The notes beneath the pieces were generated by a model, which saw nothing but the letters and a program-made list of their open reading frames with translations, was not told the origin of the DNA and ran no database searches. Source: the human T2T-CHM13v2.0 reference genome, Homo sapiens. Taken from it: 64,000 nucleotides of DNA. The stretch is taken from NCBI RefSeq assembly GCF_009914755.1, contig NC_060936.1. One strand, written 5' to 3'. Shown piece by piece: positions 37,260 through 50,765 of the stretch; positions within the stretch are counted from its first letter, which is position 1, and each line of letters opens with the position of its first letter. The position numbers and the translations under genes are program-made.

Positions 37260-40200
37260 AAGGACTTCTGGTTTCTGGCATGACTTATAAAGAGCTTGGA
37301 AGTCACCACTGCCACCCTCACAACAAGGAAAAAAAACTGAAATACTGAAAATCAACAACTTTTCTTAGATCCATCAAAGAATTGAGGTAACGGGCAAACC
37401 ATCACTCAGAAAACTGAGAGAGAGAACCACAGTTTTGCGAGAGAAGATACCACAGCTGTCATCGGACCTGTGAGGCTTAGATCCTATTTAAGAAGTCTTT
37501 AGAGAAGCCCAAAGACAAAAATGACGACAGAGGAAATTTTAGCCTCTAATAAAGACACAGAGAGAGTAAACACAGCCGAACTCCTAGATAGATAAACATA
37601 AAACCTCATGATAACTTACTTCAGTTTCTTTTACCCAATATATAATAATCTAGATTTCTACAAAAAATTACACAGCACTTTAAAAGGCAAAAAACACATT
37701 TTGAAGAGGCCAAGCAAGTACAACAAGATGAAGATATGACAGTGATTTTGGAATTAACAGGCTGGAAATTTAAAATAATGATTATTATGCTAAGGGATCT
37801 AATAGAAAAAGTGGACAACATGCAAGAAGAGATGGGAAATATCAGCAGAGAGACTGAAACTCTAAGAAAGAGAAAGAAAGAAATGCTAGGAATAAAAGTA
37901 CAGTATTCTATTATAAAGATACATGCACACATATGTTCATTACAGCACTATTCACAATAGCAAAGACATGGAATCAACCCAAATGTCCATCAGTGATAGA
38001 CCAGATAAAGAAAATGTGGTACATATACACCATGGAATACTATGCAGCCATAAAAAGGGATGAGATCTTTGCAGGGACATGGATGGAGCTGAAAGCCATT
38101 ATCCTCAGCAAACTAACACAGGAACACAAAATCAAACACCGCATATTCTCACTTATAAGTGGGAGCTGAAGAATGAGAACACGTGGACACGGAGGGGAAC
38201 GACAGACACTGGGGCCTGTGGGGGGCAGGTGGGAGAGCATCAGGAAAAATAGCTAATGCATGCTGGGCTTAATACCTAGGTGATGGGTTGATAGGTGCAG
38301 CAAACCACCATGGCACACATTTACCTATGTAACATGGTCTGGACATGGCTGAGGAAAGAATCAGTGAGCTTGAAACTGAAAATTTCCCAAACTGAAAGCC
38401 AAAGAGAAGAAAGGCTGAGAATAAAGGAACAGAATATCCAAGAACTATGGGACAATTATGAAAAGTATAATATACACATAATGGGAATAGCAGAAGGAGA
38501 AGAAGATAAGGGAACAAAAGGAATACTTGAAGTAATAATGACTGAGAATTTTCCAAAATTACCAACAGACACCAAACTACAGATCCAGGAAGTTCAGAGA
38601 ACACCACACAGGATACATACCAAGACATCTGCACCTAAGCATGTTATGATCAAACTGCAGAAAGTCAAAGACAAATAGAAAATCTAGAAAGAAGCTAGAG
38701 TGAGGGAAAGCCTTGCTTACAGAGAGCAAAGGATGAGAATTATAGCAGATGTCTCTTCAAAAACCATGCAAGCAAGAAGAGAGTGGAGTGAAATATTTAA
38801 AGCATTGAAAGAAAAAAGTCACCAACCTAGAATTGTATATTTAGGTAAATTATTCTTTAAAAATGAAAGAAATTAAAAACTCAGAAAAACAAAAATTGAG
38901 AGAAATTGTTGCCTTCCAAGAAATGTTAAAAGAAGCTCTTCATAGAAAAGGAAGATGATATAGGTCAGAAACTTGGATCTATGTAAAGAAAGGGAGAGCA
39001 TTTAAAGTCTTTCATTTTCCTCATTCTTGTTCTTCATTTTTAAATTATTTTTATTTTTTTATGAGACGGAGTCTTACCTTGTCACCCAGGTTGGAGTGCA
39101 GTGGTACAATCACAGGTCATTGCAGCCTCAATTTCCTGGACTCAAGTGATCTTCCCACCTCAGCTTCCTGAGTAGCTGAAACTACAGGCACGTGCCACCA
39201 TACTCAGCTAAATTTAAAATTCTTTATAGAGATAAACTCTTGCTATGTTGCCCAGACTGTCTCAAATCCCTAGCCTCAAGTGCTTTTCCTGCCTAGGCCT
39301 CCCAAAGCATTGGGATTACAGGCATGAGACACCACACCTGGCTTTATTTTTTATTCTTAATTGACCTAACAGATAACAGTTTGTTCAAAAGATTTGTAGC
39401 AACAAAATATTATTAGTAGCAATAAAACTTATAGACATGTGAAAGGTGTGACAGGAATGTTATAAGGGACGGGAGTGAGGTATTGGCTGTTCTCTCTTAT
39501 AAGGTATGTGCACCACCTGTGACTCAGTGTAGTGTTATTTGAAAACAGACTTAGATTAGTTGTAAATGTATATTGCAAACTCTAGGCAAGCACTGAAAAT
39601 GTTTTTTTGAAATAAGTATAATTGATATGCTAAGAGATGAGACAAAATGAAATAATATAAATTTCTCAGTTAAAATCTGAGAAGGCAAAGAACAAGGGAA
39701 ATGAATAAAAAACAATTAAAATAAGGTAGAGATTAAATCTAAATATATGAATGATTAATTAGAATGTGAATAGTCTAAATACATCAATTTAAAAGACAGA
39801 CTATTAGAGTGGATAAGAAAACAAGACTCAATTATATGTAGTCTACAAAAAACTCACTGTAAATATAAAGGATAGATTGAAAATAAAGGATGGAGAAAAA
39901 TATGCCAAGTTAACACTAATAATAATAATAAGGCTGAAGTAGCTATATTAATTTCAGACAAATCACATCTTAGAGCAAGGAAAAAGGGGCCAATTCTCCA
40001 AGAAGTCATAACAATCCTGAGTTTTTGTATACTTAACAACAGCGGTCAAAATATGTGGAGGCAAAAACCGATAGAACTGCAAGGGAAAATATACAAGTCC
40101 ACTATTATAGTTGGAGACTTCAATACCCATTTATCAGTAACTGACAGATCCAGCAGAAGGAAAACCAGTAAGCATATAGTTGAATTGAATAGCACAATCA

Positions 40201-41130
40201 ATCAGTTGGTGCTAATTGATATTCACAGGATATTTCATCCAACAACAGTAGAATACACATTTTTCTCAAGCTCACATGGAACATTCTTAAAGATGGGTCA
40301 TATCCTAGTTCCAAAACACAACTTAATAAACTTAAAAGAATAGAAATCAAACAAAGTATGTGCTCAGAAAACAATGGAAATAAATTAGAAGTCAATAACA
40401 GAAAGATAGCTAGAAAATTCCAGAATATGTGGAGATTAAATAACATACTTCTAAATGACATATAGGCCCAAGAAGTCTTACGAGAAATTTAAAAAATATG
40501 TTGAACTAAATAAAAATGAAAACAAGTAACTAAGAAACGCTTCCTAACCCATTCTATGAGAACAACATTACCCTAATACCAAAACTAGAGAAATACAAGA
40601 TAAGAAAAGTACAGATTAATATCTCTACTGAACAAAAATCCAAAAATCCTCAACAAAATATTAGAAAACCAAACCCAACAATGTGTAAGAATAGTTATGT
40701 GCAATGAAGAGTGGGATTTATTCTAGATATGCATGGCTAGTTCAGCATTCAAAAATCATTTAATGTAATCCATCACATATAACAGGCTAAAGAAAAAAAC
40801 TTTTGGTCATATGAGTAAATACAGAAAAAGCATTTGACAAATTCAACACTCATTCTGGATAAAAACTCTCCAAACTCAACTGTATATAGAACATCTACAA
40901 AAAATCTACAGCTAACGTTATAATTAATGGTGAGAGACTAGATACTTTCCCCTCAAATCCTGAACAAGACGGGGATGTCTACTCTTACTACTCCTAGTCA
41001 TCATTGTCCTGGAATTCCTAGCTAATGAAATAAGAGAAGAAAATAAAATGAAAGGTATACAGACTGGTAAGGAAGAAATGAAACTGTTTTTGTTCACAGA
41101 TTACATGATTGGCTAGGTAAAAAATCTTGA
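37260..41130 (+). mobile_element. Old L1M element (ORF1/ORF2 remnants, internally deleted), with an inserted L1PA 3' fragment (~37905-38333) and AluJ (39050-39343 -)
   Basis: IIVGDFNTHLS...YTFFSSSHGTF endonuclease motifs; ORF1 remnant ENFPKL...IQEVQRTP. Confidence 0.85.
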
Positions 41131-42579
41131 AGGAGTTGAACCTTTGGGGCAGGGTTACCTGGCTTTTGATTTTAAAAGAACAAACAAGAGAAAAACAGAA
41201 TTTGAGAAGGAAGAAAGCCAATTAAGAGACAGAAGTTTATGCTGAGAGGGACTTTCCCCAGGCTAAAATGATTCTTTTAGTCTGGACAGAGAAAGGTCAG
41301 TGAGTCCCTTCAGAGCAGGGACCTACTCTAGTTTCTGGTACTCTCTGAGTAAGTATCAGGGCTTCAGAAGGAAGGTCTGCATGGAGCACTTGGAAGGTTG
41401 GGTTCCAGGCCCAGCTGCTTGTTCTTGGTCAAAGATTCCTATCCTCTGGGCCCACAATGTGGCCACAGAGTGGTGGATCTAGAATGGTCATGTGGACTAC
41501 AGACAGATGCCGGTGGCGGAGTGGGTGCCATATCTTGATCCTGTATTTGGTCACCAGGTAGGAAGGACCCAAAATGTCTGAGATAAATTTCCTGTCAGTC
41601 CAATGGAGCTGGGGTTTAGAGTCATATTTTATTTACAAAAAATAAAGGGATGTGGTATTTCTTGTAGAATACATTGTTTCTAAGAAAATAAAACTTAAAG
41701 CAAAAATCAGCTATTTCCAGGGTTGTGAATGCAATTCTGCCCATAGATAAGGATGATTTGTGCTAGTACCTTATTTTATCTTCTCATTTCAGGTTTCTAT
41801 GGTTATTTTACTCCTCTCTTCTCTGTTCCCATTGCCTAAGTTTATTTTTATTTTTATTTTTTACGAGATTTTTAATGAAGTAGCAGCACTCAACTTTTTT
41901 AACCTTTGCTGCCACCCTGTGGCTATCTTTTATTACTGTATATGAAAGGGGCATCTTGGAGCTTCTGCTAAGCCATCCAAACAGGAACAAGTAAGTGTAG
42001 GGGAAGCATATAAAAAACGTATTTGAAAATAATACTGCTCGGTATCTGGGGCATGAATCTGATATATGCTATACGTGTCTTATGTATCAGTATATGTCTT
42101 TCAGAATGCTATTAGTCTGTGTCTAACCTTATCATAGTACTCCCCCATTCCTCACTTCAAATCAAGATGCATAACTACGCTGGGAACACAGTAATTGTTG
42201 ATCCTGACTTGCCACCTAGTGTCAATTATTGATTTTAATAAACTTCAGAAAAAAAATCTTCGTAGGAAGCTGAACCTGAAATCTACAGTAGACTTAATTA
42301 TTAAAATAGAGCTCTTTGTAGACTTTCAGTTGGTCTAAAACGTGTCACATTGGTGCAAAGCATTTTGGCTCTCCCTAAGCGGTAAGAAATACAGTTTTAA
42401 GAAGTGGAATATCCTTATAGCCCATTTTTCAGGAAAATTTTCCATGAGAAATAAGGATGACTGTAATAATCTCCTTGCCACCTGTCTCTCTCACACTAGC
42501 TCTGCCACTTGTTATCATCCTAAACAAAATCTGATCTTGCCGCTGTGTTGTCTCTAAAAGATTTCATTAGCTTCCTATT

Positions 42580-43830
42580 AATGGCAGTGGCTGCTTGCTA
42601 TCATGCCCCATGCAGCCAGTGGGAGCTTCGCCTCTTCTGAGTTGGGGTGGGGGCTCCCCCAGGTGCTGCTGCAGCCCTGCAAACCTCAGTCCTCCAAACC
42701 TCAGCTGCAGACCCAGGCTTCCTGCTCTATGAAGCAGGCAGGAGCCCCGTCCTCCTGGGTGGGGCTACAGCCGCCCAAATGCGCTTGTGGATATGAGCCT
42801 CCCTGTGCTCCCGGAGGGGGCCGGGAGTAGGCAGGATCTGCTCTTTTGGGTGCAGCTGCAGCTGCCCAATCCTCAGCTGCAGACCTGGGCCTCGCGCTCC
42901 ACGGAGCAGGCAGGAGCCAGGGACACGTGGGAACCTCCCCCCTTTCAAGTTGGCGAGGTGGGAGCTCCCCTGGCGCAGGACCTGGGCATCTCTGCAGTGT
43001 GCACCCTCATGGGCCCAGGAAGGTCCCTCCCACACTCCTGTTCGCAAGCTCAGGGGTGTCTGCTTCCACTGCCTGGCCTCTCTCTGCTCCTGGCACTGGC
43101 TTGGATCTTGGAATGAGGACTTGGGAGCCATGAATGGTGGCAGGAGGCAGAGTCCTGGGAGGAAGGGGGCGGGCCCCCAGTAAGGCCCCACCTTCAGATC
43201 AGGAAGGGCCTGAAGGCTGGGGGCCAGGCTGCCAGTCCCACCAACTGGAGTGGGGACTTGTAGTGCCTCTTCCTGCCCACCCATGGTGCCCATGGACCAA
43301 TCGGCACACACTTCCTCCCCTCCGAGGTCCATAAAAGCCCTGGGCTCAGCCAGAACAAGATAGGATGGAGAGAACGGAGAGAGGACTCAATGGGAAGACC
43401 AGCTGCAGAAAGGAACCACCCTCTCTGCTCAGAGCTTCAGAGACTTCCAGAGACGGGATTACCAGCTGCAGAGAGGAGTAACTCTTTCCAAGAGGCCAGC
43501 TGCAGAGAGGAGCAGCCCCCTCCAGGGCTTCCTCTCTGCTGACAGCAGATGTCAGGATGACCTGTCTACAGAGATGACACAATGGGAAGACCAGCTGCAG
43601 AGAGGAACTACCCTCTCTGCTGAGAGATTCAGAGACCTGCAGAGGCGAGCAACCCTTTCCAGGAGGCCAGCTGCGGAGAGGAGCAATCCTCTCCACGCTT
43701 CCTGTCTGTTGATGGCAGACGTCAGGACAACCTGTCTACAGAGAGCTAGCCACTGCAGGTCTCCTCTGAGCTGTTCTAACGCTTAGTATAGCTCATCTTT
43801 GTCTTGTTCACCCTTCACTTGTCTGCATAC
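42580..43830 (+). mobile_element. MER52-family ERV1 LTR, truncated and CpG-depleted
   Basis: Homologous to 57.4-58.3 kb (gggtgcagctgcagc, catggaccaatc, cataaaa TATA-like, agctgcagagagg repeats). Confidence 0.75.
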
Positions 43831-45160
43831 GGGAAAATCAACACCCCCAAAAATCCCCTAAGACCATTACTTATAAAATAACATGAAAACTTCTGTTAAC
43901 ACGCTTGATAAATGAGTCTCAACTGATTTCTCTAGCCTCACTTTTTATCACTGCCATCAACACTGTCCTGACTTTTCAACATTAAACCATGTCTAACTCT
44001 TTTAGCATAGGCCCCAATTGAGAACTGCTCTGTTTTCTGTCCTAAGCCTTACTTAGATCTTTTCATTGCAATTAGACAAAAATATCAGAGTATTAAGAGT
44101 CAGAGACCAATCAACAGGATGTTCTCTGTTCCTTCGTTTCCCACCAAATACAGCACTATGCACGAAGGTGGCATTCTCTATTGTGTCCATTTGTTGGGGA
44201 GCCCTGCAAATCTGGGCCCCAGCTGATGCAGCTCTCTTGTGATTGAGATTTACAACAGGAATCTCATGTGCCTTATATAAGAGCGTCTGCAGGCATGGCT
44301 GGATCCAATTCTGAGGATGGAGATTCTCTGACCCTTTTATTAAATACAGGATAGTGGATTATTCATAATCTTGGACTCCATTGTATTATCCAATTATAAG
44401 TCTATTGGCTCTTTCGAGGACACTGAGAGGCTCTTTTCTTTCTCTACTCTGGGAAGAAAGAAGGTAGGGCCACATAATCTTTAAATAAAGAGACTCTAAG
44501 CAAGAAGTTTTGTAGGTGTTACCTTTTCTCCTCCCTCAGCATAGTCTGACTTTGGGAAGGGCAAATTCAAATCGTGAGCAGCACTGGTCACAGTCTACCA
44601 GTGCCACATGCCTCACACAAGAAACGGACAATCACGCCATGCTGATGCCAACAGGTCTCAGACATGAACTCACCCAAGGGTCTCACAGATGCCTTTCCTG
44701 TTTTCTTTGCCCCATTTTTCTTTTTTCTGCTTTGCTTTTACATACTTTCTCTTCTTTTGAACACATCTGTCCTTCTGCATTCAGCCTCCCACCATCATCT
44801 GATATCTCAAAAGAAGAGACAGCCGTCTCCTTCCTCACAGCTGAGTAGCACTGAGAAGTAGTTAAGGGTATGGACTCTGGAGCTGGAATGCTTAGGTTAA
44901 AATCTTGCCTCATTTTTCACTTGGAGCTTGGGAAAGTTTCTGAACTTCTCCAAACTTCTGTTTTTCATTTAAAAATGGGATTAATAATAGTATCTACATC
45001 ATAATGTGATTGTGAGGATAAAATTACCTAATACCAGAAAAATGCTTAAAGCAGTGCCAGGCAGATGGTAGATACTCAGTATTGCCTTTTAAAAAATTAA
45101 CCCTTCTATCTCTTTTGTGCTTCTACATTTTTTTAATCTCCTTAGAAAACTTGTTCCTGT

Positions 45161-46971
45161 ACAGCAGGTCCTCCAATAAGATTGTTCCTGTTCAACCTCG
45201 TTTTGTTATAATGTTGATGAGACAATGGCCAGGGCCACCTGTCTGTGTGGAGTTTGCGTATTCTCCCCATGTCTGTGTGGGTTTCCTCTGGGCACTTCGG
45301 GTTCCTTGCAAATCCCAGAGATATGCACATTAGGTTCGTTGGCACATCTAAATGGTCCTAGTCTGAGTGTGAGTGTGGGTGTGAGTGTGCCTGCGACGGG
45401 GTGTCCTGTGCAGGGTTGTTCCCACCTTGGCCCTGAGCTACCAGGAAAGGCTGTGACCACCTGTGACCCTGAACTAGAATACACAGCTTGGAAAAAGAAA
45501 CAAAGAATGAATACATAATTTCACAATAATTTGTGAAATTAATGGCTAAGAATGGGATCCATCAGATGTCTACCCTGTGAAGTAGATGATAATCATACAG
45601 ATACATGGCAATAAATGATGCAGGATGAAAATGCTCGCGACCCCACCACATTTGTTCTCATTTGTTGTTGAACTGCATGCTGGTAGGAGGTGCTACTTCC
45701 TACCAAAACTTTGGTTTGTAAACATTTCTTCCTTGATTTAACCCATCACCACTAAGGAAACCATCCCTATAAACTTTATAAAATTAATCAGGGAAGAAGG
45801 GAGGGGGAGAAATGAAAATAAACCCAGCTTGCAGCACACTCAGCATTAAGCACTAGGTCAGCCTGTGCTCGGACCTGCTTCCTCCTAGTTGTTTGCTGCC
45901 TGTTGCCCTAGAATCACACAGACCCTAGATCGTAGTTCCCCTTAACTGCTCTACAGATAACAACTTGAACATTATAAAATGCAAAGTTTTCCATTTGAGA
46001 TATCCTTTCAGGTGCTGCATACTAATGAAACTACTGACATCAACTGGTCTGAAGGACCCCATAGGAGCTGACTCACCAAAGAATGCAGTTTCCATGTCCT
46101 GATGAATTCATTCTCCTTACCCCAGCCAATCAATGGTCCCAATTCTCCAGCTCCTCACCCTCCATGATCCCCTTAAAAGCCCCAGCCCAGAACTCTTCAG
46201 GGAGGTGAATTTGAGGGTCCCCTCACATCTCCTCACTTGGTGCTCTGTGAACGTTAAACCCTTTCTCTGCTACAAACCCTGCTGTCTCAGTGTAACTGGT
46301 CTGTTATTGTGCACTGGTCATACGAATCTGTTGGTCATGTAACACTATGAATGCTGTCACTCAGTGATTCACCATAAATTGGGGAGTCGCCTTGTTTTTA
46401 TTTATTTATCATGTTTATTTCAATGTTCAATATTAGAAATGTTTTGGGTCTTCATTTAGAAGTTTGGTGATGTTTCTGTGATCAGATATATGCTGTAGAA
46501 ACAGCTCATTTTATTTTTAAAATTTAAATATAATTTTTATTACCAAGGTTATGTGCAAAATTTTAAAAAGGCAAATTTTCCTATGACTCTTTATGAAAAA
46601 TAATAGTTCATGGACTTCTTTAATCTTTAATTTTTATGGATACATAATAGTTGCATGTATTTATAGGGTACATGTATTTTTATACAAGCATACAACGTGT
46701 AATGATCACTTATAATTGGGATATTCATCACATTAAACGTTTATTATTTATTTGTTAGGAGCTTTCCTAACACAATTCTACTATTCTAGTTATTTTTAAA
46801 TGGAGAGTAAATTACTGTTTACTATAGTTGCTCTATTTTGCTACTGAACACTAGATCTTATTCCTTGGTTATATTGATTAGCCTAGGGTAAAATTGGTTT
46901 TGTTCTATGTCATGTCATTTAAAGTTGCAGTTTCTAAGAACCTATCAATGGTGTTAAGAGAGGATCTACTA
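45161..46971. mobile_element. MER6-like DNA transposon, split by an ERV1 LTR (~45753-46343) and an L1 fragment
   Basis: ta|cagcaggtcctc start; gtctgtgtggagtttgcgtattctccccatgtctgtgtgggtttcctctggg core; ...gaggatctacta end. Confidence 0.7.
45753..46343 (+). mobile_element. ERV1 solo LTR (LTR26-like)
   Basis: gaaaccatccctataaactttataaaattaatcagg start; ...gtcatgtaaca end; cacta flanks both sides. Confidence 0.55.
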
Positions 46972-46972
46972 T

Positions 46973-47208
46973 ACAGGTTGAGCATCTCTAATCCAAAAAT
47001 CTGACATCCAAAGTGTTCCAAAATCTGAAACTTTTCAAGTGCTGAAGTGATGCTAGGAGGAAATACTCACTGGAACATTCTGGGTTTCCAGTTTTTGGAT
47101 TAGGGATACTCAACTGGTAAGCATACTTCAAATATTTCAAATCTAAAAAATTCAAAATTCAAAACACTTCTGGTCCCAAGTATTTTGGATAAGGGATACG
47201 CCACCTGT
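46973..47208. mobile_element. Tigger4a/MER46-like MITE
   Basis: TIRs caggttgagcatc...gatacgccacctg with TA target sites. Confidence 0.75.
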
Positions 47209-47797
47209 ACTTATTTATACTTCTCCAATAACACGTGATTCTGTCACACACATAAAACTGATATCCAGATGTTTTTCAACCCAAAGTCATACAAATGGTC
47301 AGTGGCAGATTTTGGACCAGAAGTTAAGCATTTCTAATTCCATGAAATTGTCGTAATATTATGACTCCCACCTAAACATAACTTATTAATTAATTGATTG
47401 ATTGATAAATTTTCACCTTTCTGCAATACGGAGCTTCTATCTAGACAGGCCAGTCATTTTACCTGGTGCTAAAATAAACCATTTCTTCTGCTTTTGCAAA
47501 AAATGTTTCCACTCAGATATACTCTACACTCTTGTCACTAATCTTCAGTTTAGAAGTTTTTTCTTGGAGTGAAACTTTCCCAGATTGCCATTACATTGCT
47601 TTGCATATTCTGAGGTTCTGCAGTAGTGAGGCTGTTGTGAATTGTTCCTAAATTTATGCTAGGTGCTCTTACCTCAATTTGGATGCCATTATTTGTTTAT
47701 TGCAAATACAGGGTACAATGAAAAGCAGTAAGTGCGCATGGAGTAAATTTGCATTAAATGAAGAAGGAATCAATTATAGAGTCTCTAGAAATACATA

Positions 47798-47803
47798 TTT
47801 ATT
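47798..47803 (-). terminator. PolyA signal of the fossil terminal exon (candidate LINC00612 3' end)
   Basis: tttatt on + strand = AATAAA on -, about 100 nt past the fossil stop codon; A2M has its signal about 90 nt past its stop. Confidence 0.6.
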
Positions 47804-49419
47804 TGCCAACCTCATTCAGTATCTGTATTGCAGGGACAAAATATCCTTTTAAAAAGTCGTGGGTCTGGGGATTCCAGCCAAGTCTTGTTTATAGACACAA
47901 GCCTCAAACATTTTCTTGCTCTGTGCCTGTGGAGAGAAGAGGAAAGCGAACAGGATGACTTCGGGCTTGCCAAGGAGTGAATTTAATTCTAATTGGATAT
48001 GGACAGCAGCAGGGCTTTGCTAAAGGAGACCAAACTGGTTATGGCTGAGAATGGAATCCATCAGATATCTACCCTAATCACAGGGTAATTTCATTTACAC
48101 TCTTCTGATAAGAAAATCAGGAAACCTTCCAGGAAGTTAGTGTTCCTCTCCAAAGCTGTATAGTTCTGCGTTACCTTGCAGTATGATAAATCTGATATCA
48201 ACTAATAAAAGATGTAGATGATTTTGTATTTAGGAGGACTGCTTTTGAGAGCAAAATGAAGGCTTGGGATATGTAGAGCAAACTGCCTATCGGCTGCAGG
48301 GGACACTGTATTCAGCAAATTTGCTTCATCTGAAACACACAATGGGAGAAAAGCTTGAGAATGGGAGCTTCAACGGGACAGGGCTATGTGGAGAGGCTTT
48401 GACCTATTTAAGGACTGCAAACCATACTGAATCAGGGCCTGCGTGATCACAAAAATGTCAGCTCACTGGGGAAATATATAGACATGGTCAAGGAATTTCC
48501 ACTCTTGATACCATTAGTATAATCCGTTACTCTGGTGGAAAATCAAAGCCTGCTCATGCTACAGTGTTCAAGCAAAGTACTAGGGGGGATCACGCGGGTA
48601 TGTGTTCTTTCAGTTCTTGTTCCATATTTGCTTCTTTTTTCTTGCATGATATTTCTTATATGTTTTCCTCATCTGAAAGACTTAGCATAATTCTCTCCAT
48701 AAATCAGTATAATACCCACGATTTATATTCCAGCTGAAATTTTACTTGGGGGGTGTGTGTGTGTGTGTGTGTGTGTATTTTAGGGATGGGGTCTCACTCT
48801 TTCACTCACTGCAGCCTCAAACTCCTGGGTTCCAATGATCGTCCTGCCTCAGCCTCCTGAGTAGCTGGGACTACTACAGGTGTGTACCAGCATGCTGGCT
48901 GATTTTATTTTTCAATTTTTTGTAGAGATGGGCTCTCACTTAGTTGCCCAGGCTGGTCTCAAACTTCTAGCTTTAAGAGATCATTCTGCCATGGCCTCCC
49001 AAACTGCTGGGATTATAGGCATAAGCCACTGTGCCCAGCCTCTTCATTTGCTGTTTAAAGACCACTCAACGCTATAGTTCTCACCCCTCTCTTAGTTCCT
49101 ACTATAATTATTTGTATAGTTCTTAGGCTCTTCTTTATTTCTTTGCATTGCTATATTATCTTTTTAAGATTTATGTATGCCTTTATTTATAAGCACTTCT
49201 ACGTAAAACTCTTGGTACTTTGGATTATTTTGCACGACTGATAGGCTTACATATCAATATACATGTATATTACAGGTAGTTTTGGCAGTAGTTTTGTAGG
49301 CCAAGGAAGAAAAAATAAGTTATGGAGACAGATTAAACTGAAAACAAGATGTACAAGGGTTTACCACACTTTTATTGCTTTAAGAATTGAGGTTTGGCCT
49401 CCACTTCCACCCTTGTTGC

Positions 49420-49715
49420 TACTATCTCAAGTGAAATAACTCAGAAACAGGAGGTCAAATACTTCACATTCTCACTTATAAGTGGGAGCTAAATAATTTG
49501 TACACATGGACATAGAGAGTGGGATAACAGATACTGGAGACTCAGAAGGGTGGGAGGGTGACAGGGCAAGAGGGATGGGAAATCACTTAATGGGTACAAT
49601 GTACTCTAATTGGGTGATGGCTACACTCAAAGCCCAGACTTCACCACTGTGCAATGTAGCCATGTAACAAAACCATACTTGTACCCCCTAAATCTATATA
49701 AAGTAAAAAAGAAAA
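49420..49715 (+). mobile_element. L1MA 3' end fragment in a fossil intron
   Basis: ctcacttataagtgggagctaa...gtacccccta aatctata followed by an A-tail. Confidence 0.8.
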
Positions 49716-50616
49716 AAACCCCAAACACATTGGCTTTTATTTTATTTTTCCATCAAAGACACCACACTGGAAAGAACTGAGTTTATCTAGGATTCTGTTT
49801 TGCTCACCTGTCTTATAGTAATCATAGGCTTTCACAAAAGCAGGTTTCAGCTTTCTTATGGGGTTGTCTTGCAGAAGAGTGAAAGAAAAGGTCAGTGTTC
49901 AATCCGTAACCCAAGAAAGGAAGGAGTAATAATGCGGAACCAGGGAGGCCTCATCTCTTTTTCCTTAGCATCAGTCTTCATCCTTTGAAAGATAATTTTT
50001 TAGTGGGCTAATAGGATTCATTCTCTAATTCATTGTGCTCCCTAATGGCTCACATAGGGAGCAGTTGGAGGGTGATGTGGATTTTAGAGTAGGAACCTCA
50101 GGAACTTGAGCAGAGGCTCCCAAAAGTAGATTAGAAGTTTATTAGTCTTTTAAACGATTAAAATAATACATATTCCTCCATAATATCCAACACATGGCTC
50201 TGCCTATAGTGAGAGATAGATTCTTTATACTGGCAAGCTGACTCTATCTATATTAATATTAATATTTCCAAATATTCAGGAAACAGGCGTACATCAGGGG
50301 CTGTTCTTTTGCTGCAAATGAAGTTGATGGAATTACACTGTGATACGACTGACTGTGAGTAATAGATCTAGACTGATAGCATATCTGTTTATCATCTGTA
50401 TCTAATCTGTCATCTACCTTATTTATCTATTATCTATCTAGCTATCTCTCTATGTATAATTTATCTAACTTCTCTCATACATGTATGCTAAGGTAAGGTT
50501 GATTTAATCACTGACAACCCTTGGAAACACTTCCTATCCTTGATTACCAACTTTCAACATGGCTTCTGGATGATGAAGCTTATTTATGGAAAAGAATGTT
50601 TATCTGAAGTATACAG

Positions 50617-50765
50617 AAATATTCATATGCTCATTTTAATATAAACAAACATATATGTTTTAATATAAACATATAAATATTCATATGCTCATTGTAATAT
50701 AAACAAACATATATGTTTTAATATAAACATATAAATATTCATATGCTCATTTTAATATAAACAAA
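50617..50765. repeat. AT-rich tandem repeat, ~58-bp unit x ~2.5
   Basis: aaatattcatatgctcattttaatataaacaaac... recurs three times. Confidence 0.85.

Noticed and set aside
42603-43786. Cluster of 70-200 aa ORFs
   Set aside because: GC-rich MER52 LTR sequence.
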